Positions 17,308 through 25,018 of a DNA stretch of 64,000 nucleotides are shown here, in pieces. The first letter of the stretch is position 1. The number at the start of each line of letters is the position of its first letter. The stretch spans positions 1,195-65,194 of the forward strand of contig JBOHBN010000132.1 in assembly GCA_050698355.1 (NCBI GenBank), written 5' to 3'. This stretch comes from Streptosporangiales bacterium (GTDB taxonomy: Bacteria > Actinomycetota > Actinomycetes > Streptosporangiales > WHST01). The notes under the pieces were generated by a model, which was not told where the DNA came from, ran no database searches, and saw only the letters and a program-made list of their open reading frames with translations. The translations under genes and the position numbers were made by a program.

Positions 17308-17427
17308 CTACCGAGGTCTCGTGGGGGGATGAGCCGGTAGGCGCCAGGACCGCTGGCGCGCCCGGGCCACCTTGAGGGGGGCAATGGTCCGGGCCTCCGG
17401 CCCTCCACACCGAAGGGGGGAGTGAGG
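17308..17427 (-). ncRNA. candidate 6C-family sRNA or leader: three consecutive hairpins each with a CCCCCC loop
   Basis: Minus-strand RNA, hairpin 1 (17427-17402): CCUCAC-UCCCCCCUUCGGU-GUGUGGAGG. Hairpin 2 (17394-17360): GCCCGGACC-AUUGCCCCCCUCAA-GGUGGCCCGGGC. A perfect 7-bp hairpin follows (17359-17341): GCGCCAG-CGGUC-CUGGCGC. Hairpin 3 (17340-17308): CUACCGGCUC-AUCCCCCCAC-GAGACCUCGGUAG. Two or more hairpins with at least 6 C in the loops is the defining description of the 6C motif. Confidence 0.45.
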
Positions 17428-17566
17428 TCGCGTGCACAGGCGCTGCGTGGTGGCGACGCCCCAACGGGGGCGGTGTCGGCGCCACACGCGTGCAGGCGCG
17501 CCGGGATTACCGGACATCGCGTCTGATCGGCGTGCACTGCGCGCGGGCTGGTTGGCGACTTCGCTG

Positions 17567-18262
17567 ATGGACGGATGGCGTTTCCCCGGCGACTGGGGCG
17601 TCGCCGCGGTCGATGCCGTCCTGGATGCCGTCGTCGCCGGCGACGGCCTGGTGGAGCCCTGCGCCCGCCTGGGTGCTGCCCGGGGTGAGGCGGGCGTGGG
17701 GCTCGTCGAGGCGTTCGACGACCTCTGGGCGCTGTTCGCGGTAACGCGGATCGACCCGTGCGCGTGGGTCGTCAGATCTTTTTCTGTGGCCTACGTAGAG
17801 TCAATGCCGGCTCACACTTCGTGTACGGAGAGTGGTCATCCCCTGACCGGTGTCGCGCCGGTCGGCTACCTGCGCGTCCGCGTGGGCGAGCTCTACCGCG
17901 AGGCGCGGGCCACCAGCGTGCCCGTACACCGGCGGTACGGGCTGCTCGTCGTCCGCGTCCCGCCGACACCGTCGGGCTGGCCGGGCATCGCGCAGCAACT
18001 GGCCATCGGGCGCGCTCTCTGCGACACGTTCGACGCCGGGGAGACCGTGGCGAGCGCAGGCCCGTCCACGACGGTGGTGCTGACCCGCCCCGGTTGCCCG
18101 GTCGTTCCGGATGGCCTGCCCGACCTGCTGCGGTCCGCGGCCGGCAGTGCCGTGGCCGTCCAGGCACTGCGGCCGCCGGTGACGCTGCCCGGCGCCCACC
18201 TCCTGCTCGACCAGCTGGCCGAGCCACTACCGGTCGACCGGCAAGGAGGAGGTGAACCATGA
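17567..18262 (+). CDS. hypothetical protein; C-terminal half weakly resembles a degenerate GGDEF (nucleotidyl-cyclase-like) domain
   Basis: HPLTGVAPVGYLRVRVGELYRE...RRYGLLVVRVP...AIGRALCDTFDAGETVASAGPSTTVVLTR parallels DxLTGLxNRxxf...alllDiD...vaRlGGDEFavLl, but the GGDEF signature is replaced (AGPST). The start is uncertain (ATG 17567 chosen; the ORF is open from GTG 17432). Confidence 0.45.
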   Translation: MDGWRFPGDWGVAAVDAVLDAVVAGDGLVEPCARLGAARGEAGVGLVEAFDDLWALFAVTRIDPCAWVVRSFSVAYVESMPAHTSCTESGHPLTGVAPVGYLRVRVGELYREARATSVPVHRRYGLLVVRVPPTPSGWPGIAQQLAIGRALCDTFDAGETVASAGPSTTVVLTRPGCPVVPDGLPDLLRSAAGSAVAVQALRPPVTLPGAHLLLDQLAEPLPVDRQGGGEP

Positions 18263-18426
18263 CACGGGGCCAGCACCGGCGTCCGGAGCTGCGGCTTCGG
18301 GAGCGCCTGGCGAAGCTGCTCGCCGGGGGCGGCACGCACCGCAACCATGCGGGCGACGATGCCGCGCCGAAGCCGGCGGGAGCGCCGGCCGAGGGACGGC
18401 ACCGGAGCCGCGACAACGCCGCCTGA
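18259..18426 (+). CDS. small basic ORF (55 aa), translationally coupled to the upstream hypothetical gene
   Basis: Below the ORF-track size cut-off. AGGAGGAGG lies 6 nt upstream of ATG 18259, which overlaps the upstream stop (ATGA). Hand translation: MTRGQHRRPELRLRERLAKLLAGGGTHRNHAGDDAAPKPAGAPAEGRHRSRDNAA. Confidence 0.35.
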   Translation: MTRGQHRRPELRLRERLAKLLAGGGTHRNHAGDDAAPKPAGAPAEGRHRSRDNAA

Positions 18427-18526
18427 ACGGTGACGACTCATCACCGTCCACAGATGTCGTCGCGGACCCCTCTTGTAATCGTCCTGGCACCCATGCTGGG
18501 TGACATGGCGACCGAGAAGGGGCACG

Positions 18527-19081
18527 ATGATGACCGTGACGGCACTGCCCCATGAGCCCGAGTGGACCGTCGACGATCTCGACGCGCTGCCCGACGACGG
18601 CCTGCAGTACGAGCTGCTCGACGGGCTGCTGCTCGTGACCCCTGTGCCCATTCCGATCCACCAGGGCGTCATCGGAAACCTGTACCTGGTTCTGCGGGAT
18701 GCCTGCCCGGCAGGACTCACCGTGTTCCTCGCGCCGCTCGACTGGCGCCCCGATCTGCGTACGTCCCTGCAGCCGGACCTACTGGTCGTGCGCAGGGACG
18801 AGATCGGCGAGAAGAATGTCACCTACCCCGAGCTTGCGCTTGCCGTGGAGGTGCTGTCACCGAGCACGCGCCGCAAGGACCTGGTGTTGAAGCGGTCGAA
18901 GTACGAGGATGCGGGCGTCGGCTCGTACTGGGTCGTGGACCCGAAGGAGCCGTCCGTCCAGGCGTGGGATCTCGTCGATGGCCGGTACGTCGAGACGGGG
19001 GTCGCACGCGGAGCCGAGCCCGTCACACTCGACCGGCCGTTCCCCGTGACGCTGATCCCTGCCGACCTCGCCCAACTCTGA
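18527..19081 (+). CDS. Uma2-family (DUF820) PD-(D/E)xK endonuclease-like protein, copy 1
   Basis: WTVDDLDALPDDGLQYELLDG...QPDLLVV...LAVEVLSPSTRRKDLVLKRSKYEDAGVGSYWVVDP is the hallmark Uma2 pattern (D...EVxS/K). ATG 18527 is preceded by GAAGGGG. Confidence 0.85.
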   Translation: MMTVTALPHEPEWTVDDLDALPDDGLQYELLDGLLLVTPVPIPIHQGVIGNLYLVLRDACPAGLTVFLAPLDWRPDLRTSLQPDLLVVRRDEIGEKNVTYPELALAVEVLSPSTRRKDLVLKRSKYEDAGVGSYWVVDPKEPSVQAWDLVDGRYVETGVARGAEPVTLDRPFPVTLIPADLAQL

Positions 19082-19085
19082 AGAC

Positions 19086-21626
19086 CTACGGCTCGTCGGC
19101 TTCCGGGTCGTCGTCGGGTTCGGCCGGCGGGTCCTCGCCGCGCAACGAGGCCAGCATGGCGGCCAGGTCGTCCGGCTTGACGAGCACGTCACGGGCCTTG
19201 GAACCCTCGCTGGCGCCGACGACGCCGCGGCTCTCCAGGATGTCCATCAGACGGCCGGCCTTCGCGAACCCGACGCGCAGCTTGCGCTGCAGCATCGAGG
19301 TAGAGCCGAATTGCGTCGTGACGACCAGCTCGGTGGCCTGGCAGACGAGCTCGAGGTCGTCGCCGATGTCGTCGTCCAGCTGCTTCTTCTGTGCCTGGCC
19401 GGCGGTGACGTCCTCGCGGTAGTGCGGGTCGGCTTGCTGCTTGGTGTGCGCGACGACCTCACGGACCTCCGACTCCGGCACCCACGCGCCCTGGAGGCGC
19501 ATCGACTTGCTCGCGCCCATCGGCAGGAACAGCGCGTCGCCCTGGCCGATCAGCTTCTCCGCGCCGGGCTGGTCGAGCACCACCCTGCTGTCGGCGAGCG
19601 AGGAGGTCGCGAACGCGAGCCGGGACGGCACGTTCGCCTTGATCAGGCCGGTGACGACGTCGACGCTCGGTCGCTGGGTGGCGAGCACGAGGTGGATGCC
19701 GGCGGCGCGGGCGAGCTGGGTGATGCGGACGATGCAGTCCTCCACGTCGCGCGGGGCGACCATCATCAGGTCGGCCAGCTCGTCCACCACCACGGCGAGG
19801 TACGGGTACGGCTTGTACTCCTTGTCGCTGCCGAGCGGTGCCTGCAGCTTGCCCGACCTGATCGCCTTGTTGAAGTCGTCGACGTGCCGGTACCCGCTCG
19901 TGGCCAGGTCGTCGTACCTGCGGTCCATCTCCGCGACGACCCACTGCAGCGCCTCGGCCGCCTTCTTCGGGCTCGTGATGATCGGGGTGATCAGGTGCGG
20001 CACCCCGTTGTACGAGGTGAGCTCCACCCGCTTCGGGTCGACGAGCACCATCCGCACCTCGTCCGGCGTCGCTCGCATGAGCAGCGACGTGATGAGCGTG
20101 TTGATGCAGCTGGACTTCCCGGAACCGGTGGCGCCGGCGATGAGGACGTGCGGCATCTTCGCGAGGTTCGCGACCACGTAGCCGCCCTCGACGTCCTTGC
20201 CGAGCCCGACGAGCAGCGGGTGGTGGTCGGCGGTCGCCTGCTTGGCGCGCAGGACGTCGCCGAGACTGACGTTCTCCTTGTCAGTGTTCGGGATCTCGAT
20301 GCCGATCGCCGACTTGCCGGGAATCGGCGACAGGATGCGTACATCGGCGCTCTTGACCGCGAGCGCGATGTTGCGGGAGAGGGCGGTGACGCGCTCCACC
20401 TTGACCGCCGGACCCAGCTCGACCTCGTACCGCGTGACCGTCGGCCCGCGCGCGAAGCCGGTGACCTGCGCGTCCACCGAGAACTGCTCGAACACCTCGG
20501 TCAACGCCTCGACGACGGTGTCGTTCGCCTTGGTGCGTGCCTGCGGCTTGGTGCCGGGCGCGAGCATCGACGCGGGAGGGAGCGCGTAGTCGCCCTTCAG
20601 CACCAGCTGCTCCGCGGTCGACGGCAGCGGGGCCGGTTCCGGCGGCTGCGAGGCCGGGACCGCTGCCGGCTCCTGCGGCGTGGTTTTCGACCCTTCCGGC
20701 ACGACGGGTGAGGTGAACGGCTCGTCCCCCGCGCGATTCTGCCCGCCGTCCTGGCTGGCACTGGCCACCCGGCGGCGGGACGTCTTCCGGCGCAGCGAGG
20801 CGACCGGGGCGTCGACCCCCGCGTCGGTCGGCTCGTCCCCCCCGTCCCGGTGCCGCCGGGCGTGCAGCTTGGCGCGTAGCTCCCGGATGCGGCCCGCGAT
20901 GCCGTGCACCGGCGTACCGGTCAGCACCAGCAACCCGAACAGGGCGAGCAGGACCAGCAGCGGTACGGCGAGGTACGGCGAGAGCAACGACGCCAGCGGG
21001 GCGGACGCGAGGTACCCGACGATGCCGCCGGCCGCGCGCATGGCCGCCGCGCCTTCCTGCGGGCGTGGCAGGCCGAATGCGATGTGCACCACGCCGAGCG
21101 TGGCCACGAGCAGCGCGCTCCAGCCGATGACGATCCGGCCGGTGGCGGCGTTGCGGTCCGGGTGCCGGAGCAGGCGCCACGAGGCGAGCCCGAGCAGCAG
21201 CGGGACGACAAGGCCGAGCCGGCCGGCAGCGCCGACGACGACGGCGACGATGACCGTGCCGGCGACGCCCGGCAGGTGCCACCACACCGCAACGGCCACC
21301 ACCACCGCGAGCGCCAGGTAGAACAGCCCGAGGCCGTCCCTGCGCTGCTCCGGCTCCAGGTCGCGGGCGCCGTTCTCCACCGCGCGCACCCCGCGGCCGA
21401 CGGTGTGGCCGACGAGCAGCCAGGCACCCGACACGCCCTTCCAGAGCAGGCCCGCGATCACCACGATCGGGTCGGGCGAGCGGAGCGCCGCGCTGCGCTT
21501 GCGGGTCGACCCCGTCCGCCGCTTCTGCGGCGACTTGCGGGTACGCCGCTTCGACGACGTGCCGCTGCGCGATCGCGTCGTCGACCGGCTGCTGCCGCTC
21601 GGCCTGCTTGTCGTACGGGTGGCCAC
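19086..21626 (-). CDS. ftsK: DNA translocase FtsK
   Basis: N-terminal TM helices, a Pro-rich linker, the motor domain GATGSGKSSCINTLITSLL (Walker A) and VVVDELADLMM (Walker B), and the C-terminal gamma domain (STSMLQRKLRVGFAKAGRLMDILE). GTG 21626 (VATRTTSRPSG...) is preferred; the track start 21803 adds an implausible Cys/Trp-rich leader. Confidence 0.9.
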   Translation of the reverse strand: MATRTTSRPSGSSRSTTRSRSGTSSKRRTRKSPQKRRTGSTRKRSAALRSPDPIVVIAGLLWKGVSGAWLLVGHTVGRGVRAVENGARDLEPEQRRDGLGLFYLALAVVVAVAVWWHLPGVAGTVIVAVVVGAAGRLGLVVPLLLGLASWRLLRHPDRNAATGRIVIGWSALLVATLGVVHIAFGLPRPQEGAAAMRAAGGIVGYLASAPLASLLSPYLAVPLLVLLALFGLLVLTGTPVHGIAGRIRELRAKLHARRHRDGGDEPTDAGVDAPVASLRRKTSRRRVASASQDGGQNRAGDEPFTSPVVPEGSKTTPQEPAAVPASQPPEPAPLPSTAEQLVLKGDYALPPASMLAPGTKPQARTKANDTVVEALTEVFEQFSVDAQVTGFARGPTVTRYEVELGPAVKVERVTALSRNIALAVKSADVRILSPIPGKSAIGIEIPNTDKENVSLGDVLRAKQATADHHPLLVGLGKDVEGGYVVANLAKMPHVLIAGATGSGKSSCINTLITSLLMRATPDEVRMVLVDPKRVELTSYNGVPHLITPIITSPKKAAEALQWVVAEMDRRYDDLATSGYRHVDDFNKAIRSGKLQAPLGSDKEYKPYPYLAVVVDELADLMMVAPRDVEDCIVRITQLARAAGIHLVLATQRPSVDVVTGLIKANVPSRLAFATSSLADSRVVLDQPGAEKLIGQGDALFLPMGASKSMRLQGAWVPESEVREVVAHTKQQADPHYREDVTAGQAQKKQLDDDIGDDLELVCQATELVVTTQFGSTSMLQRKLRVGFAKAGRLMDILESRGVVGASEGSKARDVLVKPDDLAAMLASLRGEDPPAEPDDDPEADEP

Positions 21627-21685
21627 ATCCCCACCGTATCCACTTTCGCCACAGCGGCACCACCAGCAACACTCCCCGGTGTCGC

Positions 21686-21810
21686 TAAGAACGTGCTTGG
21701 AGAGATCGGGTCGAAGTCGACTCCCTGTGGGCCTGGCCGGGCCAGCCTGCCGGCGACTCTGCCATACCGTTAGCCCCTTCCTGGGCGGTTGGTCTCCAAA
21801 CACGTTCTTA
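21686..21810. repeat. 18-bp inverted repeat (17/18 match) separated by 89 bp in the ftsK/panC divergent region
   Basis: TAAGAACGTGCTTGGAGA (21686-21703) versus TCTCCAAACACGTTCTTA (21793-21810). Each arm contains the quasi-palindrome AAGAACGTG(C/T)TT. The right arm ends 4 nt before the panC GTG. Confidence 0.85.
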
Positions 21811-21814
21811 TAGC

Positions 21815-22681
21815 GTGACGACCGTGAGAACGCTGCGTACGGTCGACGAGCTCCGCGCCGCCCTCGACCCAGTGCGCCGCGCGCAGCAGCCCGTGGGGCT
21901 CGTACCGACCATGGGGGCCCTGCACGAGGGACACCTGTCGCTCATCCGGCGGGCCCGGGAACAGTGCGCGGTCGTCGTCGTGTCGCTGTTCGTCAACCCC
22001 GCCCAGTTCGGGCGAACCGCCGACCTCGCCACGTACCCCCGCGACGAGCAGCGCGATGCGGCGCTCGTCGAGGGCGCCGGCGCGGACATCCTGTTCGCGC
22101 CGCCTGCGGACGTGGTCTACCCGACGGGATTCGCGACCTCGGTGCGCGTGGAAGGGGCACTGACGCGCACCCTCGAGGGCGCGTGCCGCGGTGCCGCGCA
22201 TTTCCACGGGGTGACGACCGTGGTCACCAAGCTGCTCACGATGACCCGGCCAGACGCCGCGTACTTCGGGCAGAAGGACGCGCAGCAGCTCGCGGTCGTC
22301 CGCCGGCTCGTCACCGACCTCGACCTGCCCGTGCGTATCGAGGGCTGCCCGACCGTACGCGAGCCCGACGGTCTCGCCATGTCCAGCAGGAACGCACACC
22401 TGCAGGGGGAGGAGCGGGAGCGGGCCGTGGCCCTGTACGAGGCGCTCGAGGCGGCGCGGTCCCGCGTACGGCAGGGCGAGCGGGACGTACGACCCATCCG
22501 GGAGGCTGCGCTGGAGGCGATGCGCGCGCGTGCGGTCGAGCCCGAGTACGCCGCGCTCGTCCAGCCGGACTCGCTGGCGCCGGTCGAGTCGATCACCGGC
22601 CCTGCGCTCCTCGCGGTCGCCACCCACATCGGCGACACGAGGCTGATCGACAACACGATCCTCCATCCCGCCTCTCAGTAG
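21815..22681 (+). CDS. panC: pantoate--beta-alanine ligase
   Basis: VPTMGALHEGHLSLIRRA (HxGH), FVNPAQF, YFGQKDAQQ and MSSRN are canonical PanC motifs. Confidence 0.9.
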   Translation: MTTVRTLRTVDELRAALDPVRRAQQPVGLVPTMGALHEGHLSLIRRAREQCAVVVVSLFVNPAQFGRTADLATYPRDEQRDAALVEGAGADILFAPPADVVYPTGFATSVRVEGALTRTLEGACRGAAHFHGVTTVVTKLLTMTRPDAAYFGQKDAQQLAVVRRLVTDLDLPVRIEGCPTVREPDGLAMSSRNAHLQGEERERAVALYEALEAARSRVRQGERDVRPIREAALEAMRARAVEPEYAALVQPDSLAPVESITGPALLAVATHIGDTRLIDNTILHPASQ

Positions 22682-22693
22682 GTCGCTCCTGGG

Positions 22694-22742
22694 AGGGGCC
22701 GCAAGGTGCCCGCCATGCCTTCATGAGGGCCGCAAGGTGCCC
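22694..22742. repeat. two direct copies of GAGGG(G)CCGCAAGGTGCCC (small GCAA-loop hairpins) between convergent panC and tetR-family genes
   Basis: The copies are at 22694-22711 and 22725-22742, separated by GCCATGCCTTCAT. Each can fold as GGGCC-GCAA-GGuGCCC. Confidence 0.7.
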
Positions 22743-22770
22743 ACGCGGCCGGAGCGAGACGCGACGGCGG

Positions 22771-23373
22771 CTAGCCGTCCGGACGGTTCGCCGCAGTGAT
22801 CAGCTCCTCGGCCACCTGCGTCACCGCCGCACGCACGTCCTCGGGGTCGTGCTGGCCGGCGTCACCGAACGGGTTGCCGTCCAGCATCCGCGCGCCCGAG
22901 CCGAACGCGACCGTGCCGACGTGGATGGAGAGGACCGCAGCGAGTGCCCGCACCTGGTCGACCAGCGGCGCGTCGGGCGGCCGAACAAGCGTGTTGACCC
23001 GCCTCATCACATCGCGGAACCGCCGTCCGATCCCGGACTCACGCATCTGGGTTGGGGCCTGCTGGACGAACCGTACCGACTTGAACCTGCGCTCGACGAT
23101 ACCGGCATAGCTCCGCACGAACTCCGTTCTCGCCGAGGCGTCCGCGGGTGCTGCCTCCGCCCAGTCCAGCAGTGCCTCCACCTCACTGAGGTAGTCCTCG
23201 AGGACGCTCTGGAGGATGTCCTCCTTGCTCTTGAAGTGGTAGTACAGCGCGGCCTTGGTGACGTCGAGCCGCTCGGCGATCTCGCGCAGTGAGGTCTTGT
23301 CGTAGCCCTGCTCGCCGAACAGGTCGAGAGCGACCTGCTGGATGCGCTGGCGCGTGCTGGCTGACTCGCTCAT
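22771..23373 (-). CDS. TetR/AcrR-family transcriptional regulator
   Basis: MSESASTRQRIQQVALDLFGEQGYDKTSLREIAERLDVTKAALYYHFKSKEDIL is the canonical TetR HTH. It is divergent from an MFS efflux gene. ATG 23373 was chosen. Confidence 0.85.
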   Translation of the reverse strand: MSESASTRQRIQQVALDLFGEQGYDKTSLREIAERLDVTKAALYYHFKSKEDILQSVLEDYLSEVEALLDWAEAAPADASARTEFVRSYAGIVERRFKSVRFVQQAPTQMRESGIGRRFRDVMRRVNTLVRPPDAPLVDQVRALAAVLSIHVGTVAFGSGARMLDGNPFGDAGQHDPEDVRAAVTQVAEELITAANRPDG

Positions 23374-23392
23374 GCGGCTCAGGTTAACAAAC

Positions 23393-23462
23393 CTACTTGA
23401 CGACCGGCTAGTAAGCCGCTTACCGTGCGACAAGTAAGCGTACTTACCGGTCGACAAGCAAG
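23393..23462. promoter_or_regulatory. three ~20-bp operator-like repeats in the TetR/MFS divergent promoter
   Basis: CTTACCGTGCGACAAGTAAG (23419-23438), CTTACCGGTCGACAAGCAAG (23443-23462), and on the other strand CTTACTAGCCGGTCGTCAAGTAG (23393-23415). Each is a CTTAC...CAAG-type imperfect palindrome. Confidence 0.55.
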
Positions 23463-23472
23463 GACTCTTCGG

Positions 23473-25008
23473 ATGACAACCTCGCCACCCACGCTCCGCA
23501 GTCGGGGGCTGTTCACCGTCCTACCCGGGCTGCTCATCGCCATGCTGCTGGCGCAGCTCGACATGACCATCGTCGGCACGGCGATGCCGCGCATCGTCGG
23601 CGATCTCGGCGGCGCCGAGCACCTGGCCTGGGTCGTCACCGCGTACACGCTCGCGGTGACGGTCGTGACCCCGCTGTACGGGAAGCTCGGCGACATGTTC
23701 GGGCGCAAGAAGCTGCTCATGGTCGGGATCGCGCTGTTCATCACCGGCTCCGCCCTGGCCGGCCTGTCGCAGGACATGGGCCAGCTCATCGCGTTTCGCG
23801 CGCTGCAGGGCCTCGGCGCGGGTGGCCTGATCGTCGGCGTGATGGCCACGATCGGCGAGCTCGCCGCGCCAAGGGAGCGCGCCAAGCTCCAGGGCTACTT
23901 CGCGGCGACCATGGCCGTGTCCATGATCGGCGGCCCGCTGCTCGGCGGCTTCATCACCGACCACCTCAGCTGGCGCTGGACCTTCTACATCAACCTGCCG
24001 ATCGGCGTGCTCGCGCTCGCGCTCATCGCCACGACCCTGCACCTGCCGGGCCGTACGAGCAGGCACCGGATCGACTTCGCAGGCACGGGACTGCTCGGCG
24101 CGGCGGCCACGGCCCTCGTGCTCGTGACGACATGGGGCGGCACCCAGTACGCCTGGAGCTCGGCGACGATCATCGGCCTGGCCGTGCTCGGCGCCACCGC
24201 GCTGGCAGCGTTCCTGTTGGTGGAAAGCCGCGCGGCCGAGCCGATCCTGCCGCTACGGCTGTTCCGCAAGCGCAACTTCTCGGTGTCCTCGACGCTCGCA
24301 TTTGTCGTCGGCTTCGCGATGTTCGGTGCCATCACCTTCCTGCCGCTCTTCATGCAGACCGCGCAGGGTGCGTCCGCAACCGCCAGCGGCGCGCTGCTGA
24401 TGCCGATGATGCTCGGCGCGATGGTGATGTCCCTGGTCTCGGGCCAGATCATCGGCCGCACGGGCCGCTACCGCGCGCTGCCGATCGTGGGTTCCGCGGT
24501 CATGACCGCAGGCCTGTTCCTGCTCTCCCAGCTCACCGCGGACTCCTCGAACCTCAGCACCACCGTCTTCATGGTCGTGCTCGGCCTCGGCATGGGCACG
24601 CTGATGCAGCTCACCCGGCTGCTACCGCAGAACAGCGTCGAGCTTGCCGACATGGGCGTCGCGAGCAGCACGCCGCAGTTCTTCCAGACCATCGGCGGCT
24701 CGTTCGGCGTCTCGCTGTTCGGCGCCGTCTTCGCCGGACGGCTCGCGGACTCGCTCGGCAGGGCGTCGGTGCCGGGCAACGCCGGTGCCGGTCTCGACCC
24801 GGCCCGGATCGCCGACCTCCCCGACGCGGTACGTGAGGCGGTCGTGCACGGTGTCGCGTACGCGACGCAGGGCGTGTTCTTCTGGGCCACGTGCGTGGCG
24901 GCGGTCGCGTTCCTGCTCAGCTGGGCGCTCGAGTCGGTGCCGCTGCGCAGCCAGCTGCCGAAGCCAGCGGAAGGCGGAGAGGACCGCGTACTAGCCACCG
25001 TCGAGTAA
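23473..25008 (+). CDS. MFS drug/H+ antiporter, DHA2 (EmrB/QacA, 14-TMS) family
   Basis: LDMTIVGTAMPRIVGDLGG, LYGKLGDMFGRKK, ~14 hydrophobic segments and a 512-aa length. It is paired with a divergent TetR regulator. Confidence 0.85.
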   Translation: MTTSPPTLRSRGLFTVLPGLLIAMLLAQLDMTIVGTAMPRIVGDLGGAEHLAWVVTAYTLAVTVVTPLYGKLGDMFGRKKLLMVGIALFITGSALAGLSQDMGQLIAFRALQGLGAGGLIVGVMATIGELAAPRERAKLQGYFAATMAVSMIGGPLLGGFITDHLSWRWTFYINLPIGVLALALIATTLHLPGRTSRHRIDFAGTGLLGAAATALVLVTTWGGTQYAWSSATIIGLAVLGATALAAFLLVESRAAEPILPLRLFRKRNFSVSSTLAFVVGFAMFGAITFLPLFMQTAQGASATASGALLMPMMLGAMVMSLVSGQIIGRTGRYRALPIVGSAVMTAGLFLLSQLTADSSNLSTTVFMVVLGLGMGTLMQLTRLLPQNSVELADMGVASSTPQFFQTIGGSFGVSLFGAVFAGRLADSLGRASVPGNAGAGLDPARIADLPDAVREAVVHGVAYATQGVFFWATCVAAVAFLLSWALESVPLRSQLPKPAEGGEDRVLATVE

Positions 25009-25018
25009 CCCCGTACCT

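Noticed and set aside
21627-21803. An upstream ATG (21803) would give a 905-aa FtsK.
   Set aside because: The extra 59 aa (…CCWWCRCGESGYGG) look non-coding and would run through the 18-bp inverted-repeat region. GTG 21626 gives a typical Ser/Thr/Arg-rich FtsK N-terminus.
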